Shown here piece after piece: positions 51,408 to 59,563 of a DNA stretch of 64,000 bases; position 1 is the first letter of the stretch, and each line of letters starts with the position of its first letter. Under the pieces are notes generated by a model that searched no databases, had not been told where the DNA came from, and saw only the letters and a program-made list of their open reading frames with translations. A program made the position numbers and the translations under genes. Origin of the DNA: Myxococcota bacterium (GTDB taxonomy: Bacteria; Myxococcota_A; Polyangia; Polyangiales; Houyiibacteriaceae); NCBI GenBank assembly GCA_039028875.1, contig JBCCHE010000002.1:5212-69211 (forward strand), written 5' to 3'.

Positions 51408-52521
51408 GCCTTCGTTCCCCTTCGACGGTGCCTTCGAGACGTCGCTCCGAGAACTTCGCCGCCTTGATGAGGCTTACCAAGCGCCCCAACGGGTACCTTC
51501 CAGACGCGGCGAAGCGAACCAAGTCGAGGAGGATCTTCGGAGACGGCGGTCCGCCGACGAAGCTCGCCGGCATCGGTGGTCCCCATTGCGCCAAGTGCGA
51601 TGGGCCGAATGGCGAAGATCCGGTCGGATACGACGCAGTGACGACGTCCCCGTCGGCGTAGTGCTCGTGCTTCGCACCGTACGGGTCGTACCAATAGTCG
51701 AACACCTGAGAGCCCATGATGTGTCGCCCGACACCCCAACTGTGTTTCCACCCCGCTTCACGCAGGCGATGCTGCCCTCGGGTCACGGCTTCGATGTTGT
51801 CGACCTCGAACGCCGCGTGTTCGAACCCAGGACGAAAGCCCTGGCCGAGCGCGACGGTGTGGTGGTCGGTCGGTTGGTCCCCGAGGTCACAGCGGCAGAA
51901 CGCGACGACCGGCGTTCCGTCAGGCAGGACCTGGACGTCGCTGACCAAGAGTCCGAACACTCGCTGATACCAACGGATCGACTCAAGAAGATCGAGCGTT
52001 TCCATGACGACGTGCCCAAGGCGCACGACCCGAGGAACTCCCTGTGGTGGGGCAAAGGGCATGTCGACCCGAGGGCTGCGGTGAGGGGAGTTGACGACCG
52101 TGGCTGGTGCGGACGAGGGCGAGCGGACCTTGGCCTTTGGGTCGCCGCGGACGACCGCGTGGACTTCGAAGCCACTTGGATCGCGCATCCGCACGTAAGG
52201 GTGTCCGTTGGGTGCGGCGTTCGCTTCAATCTCGCTCGCGAAACCTTCGCGGATCAGAGCCCTGAGGTCGGCTTCGCTCTCGACATACATGGCGAGACCG
52301 ACGAACCGTGCTTTGTTCTCTCGACGGACGACGTAGAACGTCTCCTCGCGGGACGCCGAGCCATAGTGTGCTTGGCCCTCCTGTTGTAACAGCAGGTCGA
52401 TCCCGAAATCGCGCAAGAAGGCGGTGGCCCTGTCGATGGAGGGGCGCGCAAACACCACGTAGGCGATCCCGATGGATCGTGTGGCCGGTGCGTCGCAAGC
52501 TTTGGGAGGGGTTGATGTCAT
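51394..52521 (-). CDS. VOC-superfamily ring-cleavage (type I extradiol-like) dioxygenase
   Basis: Two double-module halves. LGHVVMETLDLLESIRWYQRVFGL, DHHTVALGQG...FEHAAFEV and DYWYDPYGAKHEHY supply the H/H/E metal-triad pattern. Confidence 0.75.
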   Translation of the reverse strand: MTSTPPKACDAPATRSIGIAYVVFARPSIDRATAFLRDFGIDLLLQQEGQAHYGSASREETFYVVRRENKARFVGLAMYVESEADLRALIREGFASEIEANAAPNGHPYVRMRDPSGFEVHAVVRGDPKAKVRSPSSAPATVVNSPHRSPRVDMPFAPPQGVPRVVRLGHVVMETLDLLESIRWYQRVFGLLVSDVQVLPDGTPVVAFCRCDLGDQPTDHHTVALGQGFRPGFEHAAFEVDNIEAVTRGQHRLREAGWKHSWGVGRHIMGSQVFDYWYDPYGAKHEHYADGDVVTASYPTGSSPFGPSHLAQWGPPMPASFVGGPPSPKILLDLVRFAASGRYPLGRLVSLIKAAKFSERRLEGTVEGERRHATR

Positions 52522-54137
52522 GGCGCTACTCTCGCAAGCATGGGTTCTGGCAGATGCGGTCGATCGGTGAGGGCCAGCAACGTCGCGATTTCGCGGGCGG
52601 CGGCGCCACGAGTATGTTCGTTCTCTGCAGCCATCACGAACCGGTCGGGTCGAACCAGCAAGTCTGAGTTCGCTTGAAAGCAGGATTGTCGGAACACCCC
52701 CGTGTCGTCGTACACATCGATGGTCGCCCCAGTGTCCGTGGAAGACGGGCTCGCGTTCGTGTGGATAGACACCGACCGGGCACCGAGCCGTTCGGCCGTC
52801 CGAGCCCAGTCGTCGTCGACGCGAAGGGGATCCGCATCGACTCCGACCGCGGCGAATCCATCCCCCAGAATCTCATCGAGAGGCTTCCGCGTCCCATCGA
52901 CAAGCCGCACCGAGGTCTGCGGAAGCATCCGACCAGCGGTCTTGCATGTCGAGCGGCGGAAGGTCCCACGACGACCGAGAGCCGGCGCCGGCCTTATCTG
53001 GCCACTGTTCAGAACGCGTCGAGTTGGCGGGAAGGCGTTGAGCAACCAGAACAAGGCGTCCCGACTCGTGGTTGCGAGCGCCCCGGTGGGCATGACGACC
53101 CAGCCGAGGGAAACCGCGAGTTGAGTCATGCGGCGAACGTGCCACCGTCGCTCGCGTTCGTATGAATCGATAAGCTTTTCGTTGGCCACTCCGGAAGTGA
53201 CGAGCCAGAGCTTCCACCCGAGGTTGAACGCGTCGCGAATCCCGCTGTTCATCCCTTGGCCAGCGAACGGCGGCATCACGTGCGCGGCATCACCGGCGAG
53301 CAACACGCGCCCCACCCGGAACTGTTCCGCCGCTCGGGCGTGAAACGTGTACACCGTGCGACGCTCGACCTCGGCGAGCATCGGGTCGTGGTACGGCGAT
53401 AGGAGCTCCGCGACGGAGCGGTCACGGCTGATCTCCTCTTCAGACTCGCCGTCAAACAGAAGAAACTCCCATCGACGACGACCCTCGGGCACCGGCATGG
53501 TCACGGTGGGCCTTCCCGTGTCGCACAAGAAACCCGCCTCTTGTCGACCGAACGCGTCATTCGCGCAGTCCACGACCAGCCAACGCTGGGTATAGGTAGA
53601 CCCCTTGAACCCTACCTTGAGCGCCTGCCGCAAGGTGCTTCTGCCGCCGTCGCAGCCCACCAACCAACGTGCCCGAACCTGCGTGCGGTTGCCATCGACG
53701 TCACTCAGCGAGGCATCCACGTGCGAGCCCTGGTCACGAAAGGAGACGAGCTCCGTTCGAAACGCGAGCTCGACCGACTCGTAGCGACTCGTCCCTTCTG
53801 CGAGGATGCGCTCGAGAGTGGGCTGGTAGAACGTACCGAACCAAGGATGACCGTACGTTCGATCGGTCACCCGAACTCGTATGAGGGGCTCATTCCTCCG
53901 GTTGCGCACCGAGACTGGGATGTCGGCCACCACGTGGTCGGCGAACGGTCGGTCGAGATCCACGCTCTGGAGCGCACGACAAGTCTCATCATCGAAACCG
54001 ACGGCGCGAGGCTCGTGAACGGTGCTGGCGTTTTTCTCGACGATGAGGGTGCGGACACCTCGAAGCCCAAGTTGGTTGGCCAGCATGAGCCCGACAGGCC
54101 CGGCCCCCACGATCAAAACATCGAACTGCGTGTCCAT
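52518..54137 (-). CDS. FAD-dependent aromatic-ring hydroxylase (MhpA/PheA/TfdB-like monooxygenase)
   Basis: DVLIVGAGPVGLMLANQLGLRGVRTLIVEK (GxGxxG), VGCDGGRST (DG motif), LAGDAAHVMPPFAGQGMNSGIRDAFNLGWKL (GD motif). At 539 aa it includes a C-terminal thioredoxin-like extension. Confidence 0.9.
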   Translation of the reverse strand: MDTQFDVLIVGAGPVGLMLANQLGLRGVRTLIVEKNASTVHEPRAVGFDDETCRALQSVDLDRPFADHVVADIPVSVRNRRNEPLIRVRVTDRTYGHPWFGTFYQPTLERILAEGTSRYESVELAFRTELVSFRDQGSHVDASLSDVDGNRTQVRARWLVGCDGGRSTLRQALKVGFKGSTYTQRWLVVDCANDAFGRQEAGFLCDTGRPTVTMPVPEGRRRWEFLLFDGESEEEISRDRSVAELLSPYHDPMLAEVERRTVYTFHARAAEQFRVGRVLLAGDAAHVMPPFAGQGMNSGIRDAFNLGWKLWLVTSGVANEKLIDSYERERRWHVRRMTQLAVSLGWVVMPTGALATTSRDALFWLLNAFPPTRRVLNSGQIRPAPALGRRGTFRRSTCKTAGRMLPQTSVRLVDGTRKPLDEILGDGFAAVGVDADPLRVDDDWARTAERLGARSVSIHTNASPSSTDTGATIDVYDDTGVFRQSCFQANSDLLVRPDRFVMAAENEHTRGAAAREIATLLALTDRPHLPEPMLARVAP

Positions 54138-54183
54138 GGTCGCTCCGATTGCTCGACGGTCTCGAAATAAGCGCTTGCGCTCA

Positions 54184-54203
54184 AACTTATGTAGTTATAA
54201 GTT
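54184..54203. promoter_or_regulatory. AACTTAT-N6-ATAAGTT inverted repeat (site B), operator and/or -10 element
   Basis: AACTTATgtagttATAAGTT lies in the 85-bp divergent gap between the monooxygenase (start 54137) and the FadL-like gene (GTG 54223; AGGAGA at 54212-54217). Confidence 0.45.
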
Positions 54204-54222
54204 CGCGTCCTAGGAGAGTCAA

Positions 54223-55467
54223 GTGCGAAAATTTCGAGCCCAAATCGCCGGTTTTCTCTTGTCGGCCGCGTGCCTCACCCTCGGCCCGCAGGCCGCCAAG
54301 GCTGGGGGCTACGACGTCCCGATCCTGTACACGGCGCGGTACGCGGGAATGGCCGGTACCGGGATCTCGTTCGTCGACGGGGGCGCCGGGCTCTATCTCA
54401 ACCCAGCCGGCCTCGGGCAAATCGGCAAGGGCAACATCGACCTTTCGGTTTCGATCGTGGACGGGCAGCTCCGGGGAACGCCAACTTTTCTTCAGCCGGA
54501 CGTCAACGTGAAATCGGAGCGAACGCAACTCCCGTTTCCATTCATTGCCGGTGGTGGGCGTCTGACCAAGTTCATGACGGTCGGCGCAGGCGCTTTCGTC
54601 GTGGGCGGTGCCGGGGGCGAATACGAGATTCCGCTCAACAACGGTGAGATCATCATCGACAAGACCGACGTCGCCTTCTTCGAGACCGCGGCTGGAGTCG
54701 CGTTCAACGTCGACAAGATCGGCCTTCGACTTGGCGCCAGCTACCGCATCACCATCGGACGGCTGCGCCGGGATCGGCCAGACCCGATCACCAACCTCGG
54801 TCTCAGCCTCAACGGCGTGAACTTTACCGGTTTTCGGGTCGGGCTACAGTGGCAGCCGAACGACGTCTTCTCGCTCGGTGTGACTTACCGAAACAAACTG
54901 AGGATCGACATGTCGGGCGCGAGCGGCACTGCACTCGCGTTCGAGTTCGACGAAGTGTTCACCGAGCTCGTCTTTCCAGCGCGGCTAGGCGGAGGCATGA
55001 GATTCGACATCAAGGACTTCGCCGTGGCCACGGACGTCGAGTGGATCTTCAACTCGCAAAACCAGGCCGCGGAGTTCACGGCAGTCCCCGAGATTCCTTT
55101 CGACATCAGCAATACGTTCGACTGGTCCGACCAGCTTCTGGTGCGTGTTGGGTTCGAGTACCGATTCCTGGACGAGGTCCTTCCCGTTCGAGCGGGATTC
55201 ATCTTCGAGTCGACGACGACGAGTGCGGAGTTCCCGAACGCGTTTCAACCGCCCCCGGCGCCTGCGTATCTCTTCACCCTGGGCCTCGGCTACAATCACG
55301 GCCCTTGGCGAGTCGATGCCGCTTACGGCCGCGGGTTCTCGAAAGCGTTCGTCGAAGTCGATACGAGCGGCTTCCTAGCCGACTGTCCGAACTGCGGAGG
55401 TCCGGGCCCCTACAAGTTCATCACCGCCAACCACTTCGTATTCGACTTCTCCTACAACTGGAGGTGA
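54223..55467 (+). CDS. FadL/TodX-family outer-membrane channel for hydrophobic compounds
   Basis: GTG start, signal peptide ...GPQAAKAGG, then YDVPILYTARYAGMAGTGISFVDGGAGLYLNPAGLGQI and a C-terminal FVFDFSYNWR. Confidence 0.8.
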   Translation: MRKFRAQIAGFLLSAACLTLGPQAAKAGGYDVPILYTARYAGMAGTGISFVDGGAGLYLNPAGLGQIGKGNIDLSVSIVDGQLRGTPTFLQPDVNVKSERTQLPFPFIAGGGRLTKFMTVGAGAFVVGGAGGEYEIPLNNGEIIIDKTDVAFFETAAGVAFNVDKIGLRLGASYRITIGRLRRDRPDPITNLGLSLNGVNFTGFRVGLQWQPNDVFSLGVTYRNKLRIDMSGASGTALAFEFDEVFTELVFPARLGGGMRFDIKDFAVATDVEWIFNSQNQAAEFTAVPEIPFDISNTFDWSDQLLVRVGFEYRFLDEVLPVRAGFIFESTTTSAEFPNAFQPPPAPAYLFTLGLGYNHGPWRVDAAYGRGFSKAFVEVDTSGFLADCPNCGGPGPYKFITANHFVFDFSYNWR

Positions 55468-55498
55468 CGCATGTCGTCCCAGGCCGGCGCCAACATCG

Positions 55499-56275
55499 TT
55501 AGAACGTGATCGAGAACTTCACGCCCGTCGGCGACACCGCCAGGTCGATGTCTACGGATTCCGCGCCGCGATCGTAGTATTTCTCGCTGCAGGCCATGCC
55601 TCGATAACCCTCCCAATCTTCGTGGAGGTTCTTGGGGGCACTGAGCATCGCCCCGGTGCCAATGATCGGCGGCAAGATGAAGAGCAACGCGGTGTTGGCT
55701 GGTGTCTTGCCAGTCCACTTGACCGCCTTGGCAGTGCCTCCTGCAACACCGAACAGCACGGCTGCGCCGATGAGCGCTTCACTTCCAAGGACGCCTTGCA
55801 AGTTGGCTCCGCGCTCGAACAAGCGGGTGGCGTAGCGAAGCTTCTCTCGGCGTTGCTCAGGGGTCGAATCGGGCTTTTGTCGAATCCGTTTGTGGCCCCA
55901 CACGTCCGGCATCGGTACCACGGCGAGCCCTACCGCGAGCGCCGCAGACCCCGCGGCCTGATACGCGAATGCGAACCGATCCCACGGTTCGTCGTCGCGG
56001 TTGGCATCGAACGCCAGCACCGTCTGCACGCCAGCCATGGCCAAGAAACCGCTCACCCACCCTACCCGCCACCCGAGCGCCTTGTGTTTGCCGCGAGAGA
56101 AACTCGCTTCAATGCGCTCGAGCCGCTGGCTCACAGCGTCGTCTGAGAGAGAGTCGATGCAGTGATAGGGATCCTGAGCCCCGGCCGAGGCAGGCAGAGC
56201 CCAAGTTGCGTACGCGATCAAGGCCCCAAGCGCGGCACACCAAAACGCAGACGACTGGGTAGATTCGCCGATCAT
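55499..56275 (-). CDS. Hypothetical membrane protein (signal peptide plus about 4 TM helices)
   Basis: 258-aa ORF with coding-like composition. I recognised no family. The start lies 6 nt from site C. Confidence 0.55.
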   Translation of the reverse strand: MIGESTQSSAFWCAALGALIAYATWALPASAGAQDPYHCIDSLSDDAVSQRLERIEASFSRGKHKALGWRVGWVSGFLAMAGVQTVLAFDANRDDEPWDRFAFAYQAAGSAALAVGLAVVPMPDVWGHKRIRQKPDSTPEQRREKLRYATRLFERGANLQGVLGSEALIGAAVLFGVAGGTAKAVKWTGKTPANTALLFILPPIIGTGAMLSAPKNLHEDWEGYRGMACSEKYYDRGAESVDIDLAVSPTGVKFSITF

Positions 56276-56280
56276 GCGGT

Positions 56281-56298
56281 ACTTATATACTTATAAGC
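56281..56298. promoter_or_regulatory. ACTTAT-N6-ATAAGC inverted repeat (site C), operator and/or -10 element
   Basis: ACTTATatacttATAAGC is 16/18 identical to site A (ACTTATatactcATAAGT). It lies 6 nt upstream of the ATG at 56275 (minus strand). Confidence 0.4.
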
Positions 56299-56611
56299 AT
56301 GAAGATCAAGCCCCTTGTGTCCCCAGGGCTACATACGTCGCTTCGCACGAGGCAGTCGTGGGAAAGCTCCGTGGCACCGGCGGTATGGCTCATCACGAGC
56401 GCGGCGCCGCCGGCCCTTTGATCTCCCCAACGCAACGCATCCTTGGGAACCACGACTGCTCGGTTGCCGGTCGTTCGCAACGGATCGTGAAGTGCCGTTG
56501 GTACGATTCACGTCGTGATCCGGGAAGCCAGCGGTTGCGCGAAGGTGGCGACCCAGGAGGCGAGGCAACCCTTGTGTCAAAGTCGCGGCAGGTTGATACG
56601 AGCTCGCCGCA

Positions 56612-58516
56612 ATGGCTTTGCTGTTCACGATCCGCAGATCGGACGCCACCCGCAATATGCTACGGTCGAACCGCTCGATGAGACCCTCAGTTACGAAGAC
56701 CTGCTGGGCGCTGGTCGCCGGTGCGCTCGCTGTTCTTGTGTTCACCTCGCTCGCACCCACGTCACTCGCGTCGAGCGGCGGGCACGAGACGGTTTCCTTG
56801 GTCGAGTTCCCGCGCGACCTTCAGAGCTACGATGACCACGAGCTTCCGGTCTGGGATCGACTCGCTCACCGGGTAGAGGCATTCCCGTTCAACCTGGTGG
56901 GGACTTTGCTGTTCTTGTTGGCGATCGTTCACACGTTCTTGACGCCGCGGTTTCGAGTGCTGTCGCACCGGATGGAGCATGCGCACGAAGAGCGAGTGGC
57001 GTCCGGCGAGGCGCCTCGCAACGCGGTGTCGCATGCCGCTCGATTCTTTCACTTCCTCGGCGAGGTGGAGGTGGTGTTTGGGCTTTGGTGCGTACCGTTA
57101 CTGTGGGCGATCGTCTTCTCGTTCGATTGGGCTACCGCGATCGGATACGTCTCCCACGAGGTGAACTACACCGAAGCGATGTTCGTCGTGGTGATCATGA
57201 CGCTGGCGTCGACGCGGCCGATCCTGCGGCTTTCCGAGGCGGTGATGGCACGCATCGCGCGCCTGTTCGGTGGCACGATCACGGCGTGGTGGCTCACGAT
57301 TCTGACCCTCGGGCCACTCCTTGGCTCCCTCATCACGGAGCCCGCAACCATGACGATCTGCGCATTGTTGCTCGCGAACAAGTTCTACGAGCTCGACCCA
57401 AGCCGTCGACTCAAGTACGCGACGCTCGGTCTGCTCTTCGTGAACATCTCGGTCGGAGGGACGCTGACCCACTTCGCGGCCCCGCCCGTCCTGATGGTCG
57501 CTGAACCCTGGGGTTGGGGCTTGTCCCATCTGTTCATTCATTTCGGTTGGAAGGCGGCGCTCGGCATCACGATCTCCAACGGAATCTATTGGTTCGTCTT
57601 CCGCAAAGAGCTCGCCGAGCTCCAGAAGTCCTTCCTGGTACGTTCGGTCGAAGAAAACGTCCTCGCCGAGCATTTTCCGAGGGAGCACGCGGAACGCGCG
57701 CTCGAGGCGAGAGCACTGACGGCGGAAACCGGCGGTGGCGCACTTCAAGCAGAGATCAACGCTCGAATCGAAGCATTCACGCTGGAGTTGAAAGAACAAC
57801 TCTGGGAGGACGTGAAGGGCGACTTGAGCGAACTAAACGTCGATCCTGAGGTCGTGCGCCGGGCGTTCGAGCGTCGCTTCGAGCAGATCAAGCTCGCCCG
57901 CCTGCGGGAGGAGTACCCGCACATGCTTCCGAAGAACGAGCGCGCCCCGTTTCTCGACCCTGCTTGGGATGAACGTGAGGACCCCGTTCCGGCGTGGGTC
58001 GTTCTATCGCACGTGGTGTTCATGGTGTGGACCATCGTCAACTCCCACAATCCCGCACTCTTCATCGCCGGGCTGCTGTTCTTCCTCGGCTTCGCGAGCG
58101 TGACCGCGGACTACCAGAACCGCATCGACCTCAAGGCGCCCCTGTTGGTGGGATTCTTCCTGGGCGGCCTCGTCACACTCGGAGGCCTGCAAGGCTGGTG
58201 GATCGCGCCCGTGCTCGGCAGCTTGAATCCCGTGCCGCTCGCAGTGGTATCGACGGTGCTTACGGCATTCAATGACAACGCGGCGATCACGTATTTGAGC
58301 ACGCTCGTCCCGAACTTCAACGACGCGCTGAAGTACGCGGTCGTTGCGGGAGCGGTCACTGGAGGCGGGCTCACCGTCATCGCCAATGCCCCAAACCCCG
58401 CGGGCCAGTCGATCCTCAACAGGCACTTCGACAACGGAATCGCACCCCTTGGTTTGCTGAAGGCTGCCTTGTTGCCGACGGTCGTCATGTTCGCCGCCTT
58501 CATGCTCTTCGCGTAG
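56612..58516 (+). CDS. Polytopic membrane transporter-like protein with a ~130-aa charged cytoplasmic insert (possibly a DUF1504/putative Na+/H+ antiporter-type family)
   Basis: About 12 hydrophobic segments. Motifs include GPLLGSLITEPATMTICALLL and GGTLTHFAAPPVLMV. The central region is helical and charged (ELAELQKSF...REEYPHML). The start may be at 56657 or 56678. The family assignment comes from memory only. Confidence 0.6.
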   Translation: MALLFTIRRSDATRNMLRSNRSMRPSVTKTCWALVAGALAVLVFTSLAPTSLASSGGHETVSLVEFPRDLQSYDDHELPVWDRLAHRVEAFPFNLVGTLLFLLAIVHTFLTPRFRVLSHRMEHAHEERVASGEAPRNAVSHAARFFHFLGEVEVVFGLWCVPLLWAIVFSFDWATAIGYVSHEVNYTEAMFVVVIMTLASTRPILRLSEAVMARIARLFGGTITAWWLTILTLGPLLGSLITEPATMTICALLLANKFYELDPSRRLKYATLGLLFVNISVGGTLTHFAAPPVLMVAEPWGWGLSHLFIHFGWKAALGITISNGIYWFVFRKELAELQKSFLVRSVEENVLAEHFPREHAERALEARALTAETGGGALQAEINARIEAFTLELKEQLWEDVKGDLSELNVDPEVVRRAFERRFEQIKLARLREEYPHMLPKNERAPFLDPAWDEREDPVPAWVVLSHVVFMVWTIVNSHNPALFIAGLLFFLGFASVTADYQNRIDLKAPLLVGFFLGGLVTLGGLQGWWIAPVLGSLNPVPLAVVSTVLTAFNDNAAITYLSTLVPNFNDALKYAVVAGAVTGGGLTVIANAPNPAGQSILNRHFDNGIAPLGLLKAALLPTVVMFAAFMLFA

Positions 58517-58549
58517 TCGTGACCATGATGGTCCTGGTCGCCACCGACC

Positions 58550-59311
58550 TCAACCCTTGCGAATCGTGCGGGCGAGGTACTTTTGGGCAACCTCGAGGGC
58601 TTCCGGGTCGTCCAGCGTCTCGAGAAGGGCGTCAGCATCTCGGCGCGCATCGAACGAGCCCTCCCGAACGGCCCGCAGTTGCTGTTTCGTGAACCGAAGG
58701 ACTCCTCGAGGCTTTCGGGCAAGCGCGTCGACAAGTGCGTCGACTTCACGTCGCCAGTCGGTGGGCGGCACCACCCGGCTCACGAACCCGGCGCGCAGCG
58801 CTTCGTCAGGGGTGATCGGTCGGCAGCTCAGGATCCAATCTGCGGCTATCGTTTCGCCCACGATCCTCACCAAGTCTTCGGTCCCTCCCCACGCGAGCGG
58901 GATTCCGGCGTCGAGCTCCGGAACGACGAAGCGAGCGCCCTCCTGCGCAACCCGAAGATCGCACGCCCCGGCAATCACCACCCCGCCTCCCACACAATGG
59001 CCATCGATCGCGGCCACGGTGACCTGGGGAAGCTCGGCCAGCGCCAACTTGCTTCGTCGACCGAGGTCGGCCGTTTCGGCGCGATCGGAACCGGTGAGCT
59101 TCCCAAAGAACGCGGGTAGGTCAGCCCCCGCCGAAAACGAACCGTTCGCCCCCTCGACCACGACAACCCCCACCGATGGCTTGTCGGAGAGCTCTTGACA
59201 GCGAGCGATGAGCTCGTTGAGGAGCGCAGGAGACAACGCGTTCAGGACGGCTGGACGGTTGAACAGAAGCCGGGCGACGGGCCCTTCGATCGTCAGCTCG
59301 AGGTCAGCCAT
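58550..59311 (-). CDS. Enoyl-CoA hydratase/isomerase (crotonase) family protein
   Basis: LLFNRPAVLNALS...VVVEGANGSFSAGADL...AAIDGHCVGGGVVIAGACDLRV. Confidence 0.85.
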   Translation of the reverse strand: MADLELTIEGPVARLLFNRPAVLNALSPALLNELIARCQELSDKPSVGVVVVEGANGSFSAGADLPAFFGKLTGSDRAETADLGRRSKLALAELPQVTVAAIDGHCVGGGVVIAGACDLRVAQEGARFVVPELDAGIPLAWGGTEDLVRIVGETIAADWILSCRPITPDEALRAGFVSRVVPPTDWRREVDALVDALARKPRGVLRFTKQQLRAVREGSFDARRDADALLETLDDPEALEVAQKYLARTIRKG

Positions 59312-59563
59312 GCCGGGGACTCTACGCGCGATCGCAGGACGGTTCCATCAAACAGCCTGCGCTTGGGGCGAAGCGAGTTGCACGTTTCGTCCCGCCAGGC
59401 TTCTTCACCGAGGAACGTCAACTGTCGTTCACGGTCGAGGGGTGTCGGTTCTTCCTGCAGGCACCGCGAGCGCTTTCTGGCCGACCTTCGCGGATCGCGC
59501 GGGGGTGACGAACGACTATTGGCAGGTCGGCCTTGCATTCGCATAGAATGCACGAGACCAGGC

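Noticed and set aside
56311-56580. 10-mer CCCTTGTGTC occurring twice (56312 and 56569) in the long leader
   Set aside because: A single 10-nt coincidence within a 64-kb window is not statistically remarkable. There is no dyad or phasing relationship.
59195-59563. N-terminal 123-codon extension of the MscK-type ORF. Similar extensions occur at 34659-35984 (SDR), 6659-6994 (MpaB-like), 45014-45151 (Spondin-CHRD), 48426-49931 (reductase), 16461-16535 and 17233-17469
   Set aside because: The extensions overlap neighbouring genes or promoter DNA and are Arg-rich. Internal ATGs give N-termini typical of the families (signal peptide, Rossmann TGxxxGxG, etc.), often with a Shine-Dalgarno sequence.
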